From: an uncultured Legionella sp.
GTDB lineage: Bacteria; Pseudomonadota; Gammaproteobacteria; UBA6186; Azoamicaceae
Reading direction: 5' to 3'
DNA length: 64,000 nucleotides
Assembly (NCBI GenBank): GCA_964522825.1
Contig: CAZFXA010000002.1
Coordinates: forward strand, 23,626-87,625
Both the position numbers and the translations under genes were made by a program. The notes below the pieces were generated by a model, which saw only the letters and a program-made list of their open reading frames with translations, made no database searches and was not told the origin of the DNA. Shown one piece after another: positions 1 to 8,954 of this stretch (position 1 is its first letter; each line of letters begins with the position of its first letter).

Positions 1-293
1 TAAAGGGCGCGCTCATCCATATAAGCAGCGGTTGCAACCGAATCGACACTGCCTGCTTTTGCACGGTTTAAACAGGAAGACCAGGTGGTGGGCTCGTAAA
101 TCGGTTCTATGCCTAAACTTTTTAGGGCTGCATCAATAATATCAATATGCAAACCCACGGGGTGTTGATTTTTCATAAAGCTAAAAGGAAATTGAAAGTT
201 AGTATCGGTACAAATGGTAAAGGTTTTAGGCATTGTGACTTCAGGAGATGCTGCGTGCGCAAGACCCGCGAAAAAAATCGCACTGAACAACAT
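1..293 (-). CDS. Periplasmic solute-binding protein (ABC-type family-3-like), 5' part only; continues beyond window start
   Basis: Own minus-strand translation from ATG (complement of 291-293): MLFSAIFFAGLAHAASPEVTMPKTFTICTDTNFQFPFSFMKNQHPVGLHIDIIDAALKSLGIEPIYEPTTWSSCLNRAKAGSVDSVATAAYMDERAL... It has a signal-like N-terminus followed by an SBP-like pattern. It is open at the window edge, so it is absent from the ORF track. Confidence 0.5.
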   Translation of the reverse strand, partial: MLFSAIFFAGLAHAASPEVTMPKTFTICTDTNFQFPFSFMKNQHPVGLHIDIIDAALKSLGIEPIYEPTTWSSCLNRAKAGSVDSVATAAYMDERAL

Positions 294-344
294 GAACCCT
301 TTTTTTATGATGGCATGCCGCACCCTAACCTCCTGTTGATGGCT

Positions 345-380
345 AAAAAAAAACGCAAGCCCTGCGTACAGGGAAATGCG
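345..380 (-). terminator. Rho-independent terminator downstream of tsaD
   Basis: On the minus strand: CGCA-TTT-CCCTG-TACG-CAGGG-CT-TGCG followed by a run of 9 T (plus-strand A345-A353). It lies 13 nt after the tsaD stop. Confidence 0.55.
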
Positions 381-392
381 TTTCGTAGTGTG

Positions 393-1409
393 TCATTCCT
401 GCCCTAGCTTGTCCAGAGGCCAGCGAGGTTGTATGCGCATGGAAAGTGAAGGATCCGGCTTGCCGTGTTGTAAGCGTTTATACCCTGCAAAAGCAATCAT
501 CGCACCATTGTCGGTGCAAAATGCAATCCGTGGATAATAGACTTGCGCTTCCATGCGGTGGCACAGGGCATCCATCGCCTGTCTTAAAGCCAGATTAGCA
601 CTTACCCCGCCTGCAACGACTAAACGTTTGCGCCCTGTATGTTCTAGTGCTTTCTTCGTTTTAATGATTAAGCTCTGTACCACCGCTTCTTGAAAGGCAT
701 GGGCAATATCAGCCTTATCTTGTTCTGATTGGGTGCTGGCTTTCCATGTTTGAAGGGTATGGGTCTTAAGGCCACTAAAACTAAAATCCATACCGGGTTT
801 ATCGCTTAAGGGTCTTGGAAACACAAAGCGCTTGGCCAAGCCTTGCTCTGCGAGTGCGGCTAAAGCGGGTCCACCTGGAAAGGGTAGTCCGAGTAATTTG
901 GCGATTTTATCAAAGGCCTCGCCCGCCGCATCGTCTAAAGATTCGCCTAAGATTTGATACTGCCCCAGATCTTGAACATCCACAAGTAGGGTATGTCCTC
1001 CCGAGACCAGCAAGGCCACAAAGGGAAAATCGGGGGCGGGATCCTCCAGCAAAGGTGCTAGTAGATGTCCTTCCAGGTGATGGATCCCAAGGGTTGGGAC
1101 ATCCAAGGCATAGCCTAAGGCCTTCGCAAAGCAGGCCCCCACCAGGAGGGAGCCCATAAGCCCAGGTCCTGCGGTATAAGCAATGGCTGTGATGGTTGTT
1201 CTATCCACCTGGGCCTGTCTCAAAACGCTTTGTAGCAGGGGAACCATATGGCGTACATGATCGCGAGAGGCGAGCTCAGGCACAACGCCCCCATAACGTT
1301 GATGGGTCGCGGTTTGGCTGTGTAAAGCATGTGCCAGAAGTCCTTTGGCGCTGTCAAACAGGGCAATACCGGTGTCGTCACACGAGCTTTCAATGCCAAG
1401 AACGCGCAT
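393..1409 (-). CDS. tsaD: tRNA N6-adenosine threonylcarbamoyltransferase TsaD (Gcp/YgjD)
   Basis: 338 aa starting [50 protein letters not shown]. These are canonical Kae1/TsaD motifs, and the gene is divergent from rpsU as in many gammaproteobacteria. Confidence 0.95.
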   Translation of the reverse strand: MRVLGIESSCDDTGIALFDSAKGLLAHALHSQTATHQRYGGVVPELASRDHVRHMVPLLQSVLRQAQVDRTTITAIAYTAGPGLMGSLLVGACFAKALGYALDVPTLGIHHLEGHLLAPLLEDPAPDFPFVALLVSGGHTLLVDVQDLGQYQILGESLDDAAGEAFDKIAKLLGLPFPGGPALAALAEQGLAKRFVFPRPLSDKPGMDFSFSGLKTHTLQTWKASTQSEQDKADIAHAFQEAVVQSLIIKTKKALEHTGRKRLVVAGGVSANLALRQAMDALCHRMEAQVYYPRIAFCTDNGAMIAFAGYKRLQHGKPDPSLSMRIQPRWPLDKLGQE

Positions 1410-1468
1410 AGTACTCCAAAAAACGTTTATAGTTAGAACACAAAGGGCTGTATTGTATCAGATAGGTC

Positions 1469-1498
1469 TTGATGCCTGGCAGACTTTTGCTTTACTAT
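1469..1498 (+). promoter_or_regulatory. Candidate sigma-70 promoter of the rpsU operon
   Basis: TTGATG (1469-1474), 18-nt spacer, TACTAT (1493-1498), about 60 nt upstream of rpsU. Motif match only. Confidence 0.3.
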
Positions 1499-1558
1499 GA
1501 GCCCTCTCAAGGGTTGTGATTAATGTAAACCAACTAACATTAAAGGAAGTGTTGTTTA

Positions 1559-1792
1559 ATGCCAAGTGTTCGTTTAAGAGAAGGGGAGTCTTTGGATTCC
1601 GCGATGCGTCGTTTCAAACGGGCGGTCGAAAAAGCAGGGATCCCCAAAGAATTGCGTCGACGTGAGTTTTATCAAAAAGGCTCTGCTGTGCGTAAACGCA
1701 AAGCAGCGGCTGCCAGAAAACGCCATTTAAAGCGTTTGGTGCGCGAGCAGACGGGTGGGCCTGTTAATCGCAGTGCGGATGCACGTGCTTAA
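1559..1792 (+). CDS. rpsU: 30S ribosomal protein S21
   Basis: 77 aa: [55 protein letters not shown]. This is the classic S21 sequence. A GGAAG Shine-Dalgarno lies upstream. Confidence 0.93.
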   Translation: MPSVRLREGESLDSAMRRFKRAVEKAGIPKELRRREFYQKGSAVRKRKAAAARKRHLKRLVREQTGGPVNRSADARA

Positions 1793-2252
1793 ACAGCGTC
1801 TGCAGGCTGAAACGGTCGCGGCCATGCGTGCGCAAGATAAAAATCGCTTGAGCATTTTGCGGTTGATTCAATCAGCGATCAAACAGCAGGAAATTGATCG
1901 TCGTCCTACCCTTGCAGAAGGCGCGGATGCCGCTTTAGATGATCCGCAGATTCTCGAATTGTTAGATAAAATGATCCGGCAACGGCGAGATTCGATTGCG
2001 CAATTCACCCAAGCTAAGCGCGATGATTTGGTACAAAAAGAATCTTTTGAAGTGGGTGTTATCCAAGAATTTTTACCATTGCCTTTAGATGAGGCGGCCA
2101 TCCAAGCGTTAGTGCAGGAAAGCATTCAAGCCACAGGCGCAGTGTCGATCCGCGATATGGGCAAAGTGATGGCCCTCCTAAAACCACAGGTTCAGGGACG
2201 TGCGGACATGGTGGTTGTGGGTGCACGGGTGAAGAATCAACTATCTTCTTAA
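1779..2252 (+). CDS. yqeY: GatB/YqeY domain protein
   Basis: [42 protein letters not shown]...[27 protein letters not shown] is typical of the YqeY family. The start was moved to the internal ATG at 1779 (track ORF starts 1755). It overlaps the rpsU end by 14 nt. Confidence 0.85.
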   Translation: MHVLKQRLQAETVAAMRAQDKNRLSILRLIQSAIKQQEIDRRPTLAEGADAALDDPQILELLDKMIRQRRDSIAQFTQAKRDDLVQKESFEVGVIQEFLPLPLDEAAIQALVQESIQATGAVSIRDMGKVMALLKPQVQGRADMVVVGARVKNQLSS

Positions 2253-2267
2253 TGTTCTGGAATCACT

Positions 2268-4043
2268 ATGGGGCAAATTCCCCAGACTTTTATAGATGAT
2301 TTACTGGCGCGTCTCGATATAGCCGAAGTCATTGGTGAACGACTACGGTTGCGTCGGGCCGGGGCTAATTTAGTGGCCTGCTGTCCCTTTCATGCCGAAA
2401 AAACCCCCTCTTTTAGTGTGAGTCCTGCGAAACAGTTTTACCATTGTTTTGGCTGTGGGGCCTCAGGCGATGTGATTCGTTTTGTGATGGAACACGAAGG
2501 GTTACATTTTGTGGAGGCTGTAGAAAGTTTGGCACAGCGTCTGGGTTTAGTGGTGCCGAGTCAGGCTCCAGTGGATAGTCGCCATGCCAATGATCCGCTG
2601 CTGTATGCACTTTTAAGTGAAGCGAAAGTTTTTTATGAAAGCCAATTGCGCAAACATGCTTTGGCACCCAAGGTACATAGCTATTTAAAAGGCCGTGGAT
2701 TATCGGGTAAAACCGTGAAACAATTTTGTGTGGGATTTGCGCCACCGGCTTGGGATGCTTTGTATACGGCACTTGGTACGAGTCCCGAACGGATCCAAGC
2801 CTTATGCAGTGCGGGGCTGATTATCGAACGATCTTCGGGTGCGGAGGGTTTTTACGATCGCTTTAGAGATCGTATTGTTTTTCCCATTCATGATAAAAGA
2901 GGACGTGTGCTCGGCTTTGGGGGTAGAACCTTAGAAGCAGGGGTAGAGCCTAAATATCTTAATTCGCCTGAAACCCCGGTATTTACCAAGGGTAAATCTT
3001 TGTATGGCCTTTATGAAGCGCGTTTGATGCATCAACAAGGGCACAATGGTTTGTTGGTGGTTGAGGGCTATATGGATGTGCTAAGCCTGGTACAAGCCGG
3101 TATTTACCCGGTGGTCGCAAGTTTAGGGACTGCTTTAACCGATAAGCAAATCGATAGTTTATTCGCACAAAGTGCAGAACTTGTTTTTTGTTTTGATGGG
3201 GATGCCCCCGGACAAACGGCTGCCAAACGTGCCTTGCCGCTTATTTTAAGTCATATGAAAGAAGGTCGACGTGCACGCTTTATGTGCTTACCCGATGCTG
3301 AAGATCCCGATGCTTTTGTACAACGTCATGGTGCGCAAGCCTTTTTGGATCGAATTGATCAAGCCCTTTCGCTTTCAGACTTTTTATTTGATAGCCTGAT
3401 TAACCAAAGGGATCTCCATCGTTTAGAGAATCGAGCACAGTTGGTGACAGAGGCTAGACCTTTGATTCAAAAAGTACCGGAAGGCATTTTGCAGCAAATG
3501 TTGTATCGGCGTTTAGCAGAATTGGCGCAAATTGAACCTGATACTTTTATGCCACAGAAACAGCGGGATGTCCGAAAATACCCAGCCTTTAAGCCCAAAA
3601 CGGTATCTGTATCCATGGGTCGTTTGCCGAGTCCAGCCCTGCGCGCCATGGCCATGTTACTAAGCGATCGGTCGCTTATCCGTTGTGTAGAGGATCCCCA
3701 TCAGCTCGCGATCGTCGATGTTCCAGGTATTGCTTTATTGTGTGCTACCATAGTCATCCTGCGCGCCAATCCAGAGGCGTCCTTGGAGATGGTGGCTCAG
3801 GCACTGCCGGATGAATTAAAGAGTCAGTTTTCTGGTGTAAAATGGCAGTCGCTGGTAGACTTCATCCCAGAGCAGGGTGTAGAGGCAGAATTCTTAGGGG
3901 CCTTACAGCGCTTGAAAGAACGCGCTGAAGAACAGATTATGGAAGATGTATTGGTGAAGGCGAAGCTTGGTAGTCTTTCTTTGGAAGAAAAGCAGTATTT
4001 AAACCATTTGCTGATCCATCGCGATAAAAATCGCGCCGATTAG
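2268..4043 (+). CDS. dnaG: DNA primase
   Basis: 591 aa. It has the zinc-ribbon CCPFHAEKTPSFSVSPAKQFYHCFGCGASGD, the Toprim motif LLVVEGYMDVL, and a DnaB-binding C-terminus. The rpsU-dnaG-rpoD order is conserved. Confidence 0.96.
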   Translation: MGQIPQTFIDDLLARLDIAEVIGERLRLRRAGANLVACCPFHAEKTPSFSVSPAKQFYHCFGCGASGDVIRFVMEHEGLHFVEAVESLAQRLGLVVPSQAPVDSRHANDPLLYALLSEAKVFYESQLRKHALAPKVHSYLKGRGLSGKTVKQFCVGFAPPAWDALYTALGTSPERIQALCSAGLIIERSSGAEGFYDRFRDRIVFPIHDKRGRVLGFGGRTLEAGVEPKYLNSPETPVFTKGKSLYGLYEARLMHQQGHNGLLVVEGYMDVLSLVQAGIYPVVASLGTALTDKQIDSLFAQSAELVFCFDGDAPGQTAAKRALPLILSHMKEGRRARFMCLPDAEDPDAFVQRHGAQAFLDRIDQALSLSDFLFDSLINQRDLHRLENRAQLVTEARPLIQKVPEGILQQMLYRRLAELAQIEPDTFMPQKQRDVRKYPAFKPKTVSVSMGRLPSPALRAMAMLLSDRSLIRCVEDPHQLAIVDVPGIALLCATIVILRANPEASLEMVAQALPDELKSQFSGVKWQSLVDFIPEQGVEAEFLGALQRLKERAEEQIMEDVLVKAKLGSLSLEEKQYLNHLLIHRDKNRAD

Positions 4044-4061
4044 GGGAGATAAAAAAACGGT

Positions 4062-5957
4062 ATGGCTAGTTATTCAGATCGCGATCGACAAGCTGCACAG
4101 ATCAAACTATTAATCGCTTTGGGGCAAGAAAAAGGCTATTTAACCTATGATGATGTAAACGAGTATCTAGGTGATGAGCTGACAGAGCCCGAGCAGACCC
4201 TTGAAGATGTGGTACAGATGCTCGATGAGATGGGTATTACCGTCTATGAAATGACGGCCGATGCCAATGGTTTATTACCCTCGGGTGAAGAATCTGAAGC
4301 GGTTGTGACCGAGGAAGTTGTGGAAGAGGCAGCCCAAGCCGTTGTGGCCATTGAAGGCGATCTAGGACACACCAATGATCCAGTGCGTGTATATATGCGT
4401 GAAATGGGGCGGGTCGGACTCTTAACCCGTCAGGGCGAGCGTGCCATTGCTATGCGCATTGAAGAAGGCGCTCGCGATGTATTATTAACCATCGCGCATT
4501 ATCCACCGCTTTTAGATCTCTTGTTTGATGCCTTTGAACAAGCCGAGCGTAATGAAGTAAAAATTAATGATGTGGTCAGTGGTTTCTTAGATGCGCAGTC
4601 TGCGATTGTCGAAGAACCCTTAGCCGCGGTGGTTTTTGATGAAGCCGCGCCTGTTGATGTTATCAATGATGAAGTTGATGAAGAAGAAGAGACAGAAGCC
4701 ACCGAATTTGATGCGGCCCCCGATTTTGTAGAGGCCAAAAGACGTTTTGAAGAATTAAAGAGCCTTAGTCTGGAGGCCAAAGCTTTATTGAAAAAACGAG
4801 GTCGTACCCATGTACAGACCCAAGCTGCTTTTGATTGTTTAGGTGAAGCACTGGCCTCTTTTAAACTAGCACCTCATTTGTTTGATGCTTTAACGATTGC
4901 CATGCGTGCCATGTTAGAGCAAGTGCGAGCTGTTGAACGGGACATTATGGATCTCTGTATACAACAAGCCAAAATGCCCAGGCCCTGGTTTATTAAACAT
5001 TTTCCGGGTCATGAAACCGATCTGGCATGGACGGAAAATCAGATGGCTTCTAAGCAAGCCTTTGCAAAGCATTTAGGCGATTATCAGGATCAAATACAGG
5101 CCCTGCAGCAATGCTTGAGCGAGTTAGAAAAAAACTTGAATCTGAGTATTCCCGAAATCAAAGAGCTTAATCGCCGTATGTCGATTGGGGAAGGTAGAAC
5201 CCGACGCGCCAAAAAAGAAATGGTCGAAGCCAATTTGCGTTTGGTCATTTCTATTGCCAAAAAATATACCAACCGAGGCTTGCAGTTTTTGGATCTGATC
5301 CAAGAAGGCAATATTGGTTTAATGAAAGCGGTCGATAAATTTGAATACCGTCGCGGTTATAAATTTTCCACGTATGCAACGTGGTGGATCCGTCAGGCCA
5401 TTACACGGTCTATTGCCGATCAAGCGCGTACCATTCGCATTCCAGTGCATATGATTGAAACAATTAACAAGCTGAATCGTATTCAACGTCAAATGTTGCA
5501 GGAAATGGGTCGAGAGCCTACACCCGAAGAATTGGGTAAGCGCATGCAGATGCCCGAAGATAAGATTCGTAAAGTGCTTAAAATTTCTAAAGAACCTATT
5601 TCTACGGAAACACCGATTGGGGACGATGAAGACTCGCATTTGGGAGACTTTATTGAAGATCCGAATGTGCAGTCGCCCATAGAAGCCGCTACGATGGAAG
5701 GCTTACGTGAGGCGACACGACGCATTCTCTCAGGACTTACACCGCGTGAGGCGAAAGTCTTAAAAATGCGCTTTGGGATTGATATGAATACCGATCATAC
5801 CTTGGAAGAAGTGGGCAAGCAGTTTGATGTTACCCGCGAACGCATTCGGCAGATCGAAGCTAAGGCTTTACGTAAGCTGCGACAACCCAGTCGGGCCGAG
5901 CAGCTGAAAAGCTTCCTGGAAGAAGACTCGAAGTCCGGTGGCAGGGCTGAGGGGTAG
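4062..5957 (+). CDS. rpoD: RNA polymerase primary sigma factor RpoD
   Basis: 631 aa. It has an acidic region 1.1, [11 protein letters not shown] (1.2), [32 protein letters not shown] (2.3-2.4/3.0) and [27 protein letters not shown] (4.2). Confidence 0.97.
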   Translation: MASYSDRDRQAAQIKLLIALGQEKGYLTYDDVNEYLGDELTEPEQTLEDVVQMLDEMGITVYEMTADANGLLPSGEESEAVVTEEVVEEAAQAVVAIEGDLGHTNDPVRVYMREMGRVGLLTRQGERAIAMRIEEGARDVLLTIAHYPPLLDLLFDAFEQAERNEVKINDVVSGFLDAQSAIVEEPLAAVVFDEAAPVDVINDEVDEEEETEATEFDAAPDFVEAKRRFEELKSLSLEAKALLKKRGRTHVQTQAAFDCLGEALASFKLAPHLFDALTIAMRAMLEQVRAVERDIMDLCIQQAKMPRPWFIKHFPGHETDLAWTENQMASKQAFAKHLGDYQDQIQALQQCLSELEKNLNLSIPEIKELNRRMSIGEGRTRRAKKEMVEANLRLVISIAKKYTNRGLQFLDLIQEGNIGLMKAVDKFEYRRGYKFSTYATWWIRQAITRSIADQARTIRIPVHMIETINKLNRIQRQMLQEMGREPTPEELGKRMQMPEDKIRKVLKISKEPISTETPIGDDEDSHLGDFIEDPNVQSPIEAATMEGLREATRRILSGLTPREAKVLKMRFGIDMNTDHTLEEVGKQFDVTRERIRQIEAKALRKLRQPSRAEQLKSFLEEDSKSGGRAEG

Positions 5958-5968
5958 TATCGCCTAGC

Positions 5969-5992
5969 GCATTCCCGTGAAAGCGGGAATGC
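5969..5992 (+). terminator. Hairpin downstream of rpoD (terminator-like, no clear T-tract)
   Basis: Perfect 9-bp stem GCATTCCCG / CGGGAATGC with a 6-nt loop TGAAAG, 12 nt after the rpoD stop. Confidence 0.35.
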
Positions 5993-6068
5993 TAGCCATA
6001 GTTGTTTGATGCGTGAATACGCGCTACTATTTGCTTGAGGGCTTTTAAGCACTCTGCATCCTTACATG

Positions 6069-6142
6069 GGGCCCATAGCTCAGTTGGTTAGAGCAGAAGA
6101 CTCATAATCTTTTGGTCCTAGGTTCAAGTCCTAGTGGGCCCA
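6069..6142 (+). tRNA. ileX: tRNA with CAU anticodon, most likely tRNA-Ile2 (lysidine-modified), alternatively elongator tRNA-Met
   Basis: Hand-folded cloverleaf. Acceptor GGGCCCA/TGGGCCC, D arm GCTC-AGTTGGTTA-GAGC, anticodon stem GAAGA/TCTTT with loop CTCATAA (CAT at 6103-6105), variable TGGTC, T arm CTAGG-TTCAAGT-CCTAG, discriminator A. CCA is not encoded. C4-G69 and C5-G68, and the position after rpoD, resemble E. coli ileX. Confidence 0.85.
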
Positions 6143-6172
6143 CCCTAAAACCCCTTAAAAAACAGTACTTTT

Positions 6173-7357
6173 TCAATTTACCCCATTCCCAACCAAAACG
6201 CACTGTGTGGGTTTTGTGTGGGTTATGGGTCCTTGATCTGCTTCAACATTGGGCAATGGCTCCATTGGACGCACATTGCTGCTGTTTGGACGACGAAGCA
6301 ATGTGAGCATAACTACATTGTTTGCGTTCCTTTCACAGGCTTTGTTCGCTGCGCGATGTAAATTTTGCAACTCAGCTGAGGAGTAATGGGTAGTGATCCG
6401 ACTAGAGCGATGCCCTAGCAGATCCTGCCGATCCTCAAAACTCACCCCGGCAGCGCGTAAACGCTGACCAAAGGTATGTTTTAGATCATGCACACGCACT
6501 GGAATGCCCACTTTGACCCTAGCTCGTTTCCAAGCCGACGTTAACATCTTCGCTAAAGGTCGTTTCCTATAGTGGAATACATGTGTCGGATGCTTAGCTC
6601 GTTGGGCTTCCACCACCGCGCTAGCAATATCATTGCAGACAACCAGCCTATCCTCACCGTTTTTAACAAAGTCAGCTGGAATAATAAACACCTTGGCGGT
6701 GCCTAAAGCTGGAACCTGGATTTCCCATTCCCAGCGCAGATTACAGATTTCTTGATCTCGGCATCCCGCGTTTACGGCAAACGAAGCCATTTGCAGTAAA
6801 TGGGGGGGTAGCTTATCAAAAAGCCTGTCTTGTTCCTCCCAGCTTAAGGGATAGGGCTTGCGCAGATCAGGCTCTGGCAAAAGCTTGATCTTAGGTGCAG
6901 TGAGCAACCAACTGAGACCATATTCATCAAGCCATTCTGTTGATGCTAGGTTTAGGATCCGACGTACGACCTTTAATCCATGATTAATGGTACGCATCGA
7001 TACCTCCTTGCGCCGCGCTTCAATAAATGACTGTAATGATCCCATGTGAATCGCCCCTAGCCACAAGTTCCCAATATAGGGGTTCAACATTCTAAGCTGA
7101 CTTGCGTCTGAACACAGGCTACGCTTATGTTGATTCTCCATCAAAAACTTGGTGGCTGCCTCTTCAAAGGTTCGTTTAGGCCGAACGCCATAAACGTCAG
7201 CCTGCCTTATTTCTTCGCATCGCCTCGCGAGGTAGCGTTCCGCTTCTGAGAGTAACTCAGTGCCAGTGCTTTCTCGAAGGCAATGCCCGAAGATTTGCTT
7301 TTGTACGTGCCAGATCTTGCCCCTTTTGTACAAGCCTGGCGTTTGTTTACGTCCCAT
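6173..7357 (-). CDS. int: Tyrosine recombinase / phage-type integrase
   Basis: 394 aa. N-terminus GLYKRGKIWHVQK. Catalytic region AGCRDQEICNLRW (Arg I), VHDLKHTFGQRLRAAGV (His-x-x-Lys where Arg II is expected), LLGHRSSRITTHYS (His, Tyr). It lies adjacent to the tRNA. Confidence 0.9.
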   Translation of the reverse strand: MGRKQTPGLYKRGKIWHVQKQIFGHCLRESTGTELLSEAERYLARRCEEIRQADVYGVRPKRTFEEAATKFLMENQHKRSLCSDASQLRMLNPYIGNLWLGAIHMGSLQSFIEARRKEVSMRTINHGLKVVRRILNLASTEWLDEYGLSWLLTAPKIKLLPEPDLRKPYPLSWEEQDRLFDKLPPHLLQMASFAVNAGCRDQEICNLRWEWEIQVPALGTAKVFIIPADFVKNGEDRLVVCNDIASAVVEAQRAKHPTHVFHYRKRPLAKMLTSAWKRARVKVGIPVRVHDLKHTFGQRLRAAGVSFEDRQDLLGHRSSRITTHYSSAELQNLHRAANKACERNANNVVMLTLLRRPNSSNVRPMEPLPNVEADQGPITHTKPTQCVLVGNGVN

Positions 7358-7584
7358 AGTTCTATACTCCTAGAGTTAGTGACTGTTGGACGCCCACTAC
7401 GTTGCTTATAATCGTTTATCCAGGCGTCTAAATCAAGTCTGTCAAAGGCCACTCCTTGGATCCCGATGGGGATCAGGGTCACGCTGGGCCGCACCTCTTT
7501 ATTAAAACGGTGTCGGTCCATCCCTAAGTAGGTGGGTGCATCCCTTAAACGGATCAGTCTTGGTAAAATATCCTTATTTTTCAT
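7207..7584 (-). CDS. AlpA/excisionase-family DNA-binding protein
   Basis: LIRLRDAPTYLGMDRHRFNKEVRPSVTLIPIGIQGVAFDRLDLDAWINDY matches the AlpA/Xis-type wHTH pattern. The ORF has no stop until 7207, so its tail overlaps the integrase start (7357) by 151 nt. Confidence 0.6.
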   Translation of the reverse strand: MKNKDILPRLIRLRDAPTYLGMDRHRFNKEVRPSVTLIPIGIQGVAFDRLDLDAWINDYKQRSGRPTVTNSRSIELWDVNKRQACTKGARSGTYKSKSSGIAFEKALALSYSQKRNATSRGDAKK

Positions 7585-7604
7585 GTTATGGGCTCCAATA
7601 ACAT

Positions 7605-8588
7605 TTAATCGTCAAACAAACCCCGGTCCGTTAAAGCTTTGCGTACATGCGTTATACCGATATGTCTAGAATGGTTCAGGGCAAGATTGCTGTACTGCAT
7701 CCAGTTGGTATTGCGTAACACATTCAGCACTTTGGCCTTATCGCGTTTAATCACAATGCCTAAACAGCCCTGATGTTTTATTTTGTCTAAACGAAGGACT
7801 AGCTTAGGGACGCGTGTAAAAAAAGTACATTCTAGAAAACAATGGGCCTCCTGTAAGCGTTTCTGACCACAAAGTTTGCCGGGCTGCCTATTGATGCTAA
7901 ACAAATCGATGTATTGATCGCAGGTTCTAAGCGGTTCTTTGGGAATAGAGGTTTTTCTTGACCATATTTGCCAAAGTGTATTAATCTTTGAACGCTTGCC
8001 ATCCGCTTTTATAAAGGATCCAGGTGGCAATACCGAAGAATGCACGAGATTTAAACCCCGCACTCTATGGGCTAAACCGCCTTGCCCACTATTCTGGAAC
8101 CCCATGGGTAAAATAAAACCCACGTAATCGCAGAATTGGGCTGCATGATTCAGAAACAGTAAGGCCAGCCATGCGCGAGCGCCAAAGGGCGGATTGCCTA
8201 CACAAATATGCTGATAACCCTTATTTTGGGGCTTCCAGCACAAAAATTCACTTTGAATGTACTCAGTACGAAAGGGCACCACATCAATACCAATGCGTTG
8301 ATGTGGGGGTAATAAATCATAAAAGGCTCCTAAACCTGCGGAAGGTTCTATAAAGGTATAATTTGAAGGTTCTACGCCCTCTGCGCGCATAAAATCATAG
8401 AGTCTTTGCCAACACTGTTCTGCCACGACTGGGCAAGTAAAGAATTGATCTAAGCCTACGCTATCCCTATCAACCCATGGGGGTATTGCCGCATTTGTTT
8501 TCCAGGCTTGATTACGAATCTTAATGGCCCAAGCATTTTTTTCGCTCAAATCGTAGGGAATCACAGTCTTTATAGAATATTTATCCAA
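7605..8588 (-). CDS. N6-adenine DNA methyltransferase, gamma class, no adjacent restriction partner
   Basis: 327 aa. SAM motif I is FIEPSAGLGAFYDLL, followed about 50 aa later by catalytic motif IV VGNPPFG. The I-then-IV order indicates gamma class. No nuclease-like ORF is adjacent. Confidence 0.75.
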   Translation of the reverse strand: MDKYSIKTVIPYDLSEKNAWAIKIRNQAWKTNAAIPPWVDRDSVGLDQFFTCPVVAEQCWQRLYDFMRAEGVEPSNYTFIEPSAGLGAFYDLLPPHQRIGIDVVPFRTEYIQSEFLCWKPQNKGYQHICVGNPPFGARAWLALLFLNHAAQFCDYVGFILPMGFQNSGQGGLAHRVRGLNLVHSSVLPPGSFIKADGKRSKINTLWQIWSRKTSIPKEPLRTCDQYIDLFSINRQPGKLCGQKRLQEAHCFLECTFFTRVPKLVLRLDKIKHQGCLGIVIKRDKAKVLNVLRNTNWMQYSNLALNHSRHIGITHVRKALTDRGLFDD

Positions 8589-8954
8589 AATATGCCCCTA
8601 GATTAGGGCTTGCTATTCCTAAAACCATTCCCCAAACATTTTTGAATGCAAACATTATTTCCCCTCAAATTGGCTTCTTGTATTTTAAATAAACTTAAAA
8701 TACTTCCTGGCTAATCTTAACTAAAAAGAAACGGAAAAATTTCCAGTTTTTATGGAAGAAATAAAGCTTGTTTACTGGAGGGTTTGTATGCAGGCAAATG
8801 ATTTTTTGAATGGTTTCAGAAATAACAGTGTAGGTTTTTAGAAAATATTAACCAGTTAGCTTAAGATTTTCTAAATAAATCATAAAAATTATAAGTGAAA
8901 ATAAGTCAGTATGTTCTTTAATAGATCCCCATCTGGGGAGAAGAAGGTGTAAAA

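Noticed and set aside
147-407. 86-aa plus-strand ORF at the window start
   Set aside because: It is antisense to the much better supported solute-binding protein fragment (1-293, minus strand). It also spans the tsaD terminator and has an implausible K/R/C-rich composition.
4499-5725. Several 70-110-aa minus-strand ORFs inside rpoD (similar ones lie inside dnaG, tsaD, traC, traI and traG)
   Set aside because: They are shadow ORFs antisense to strongly supported genes. None has an SD or a motif.
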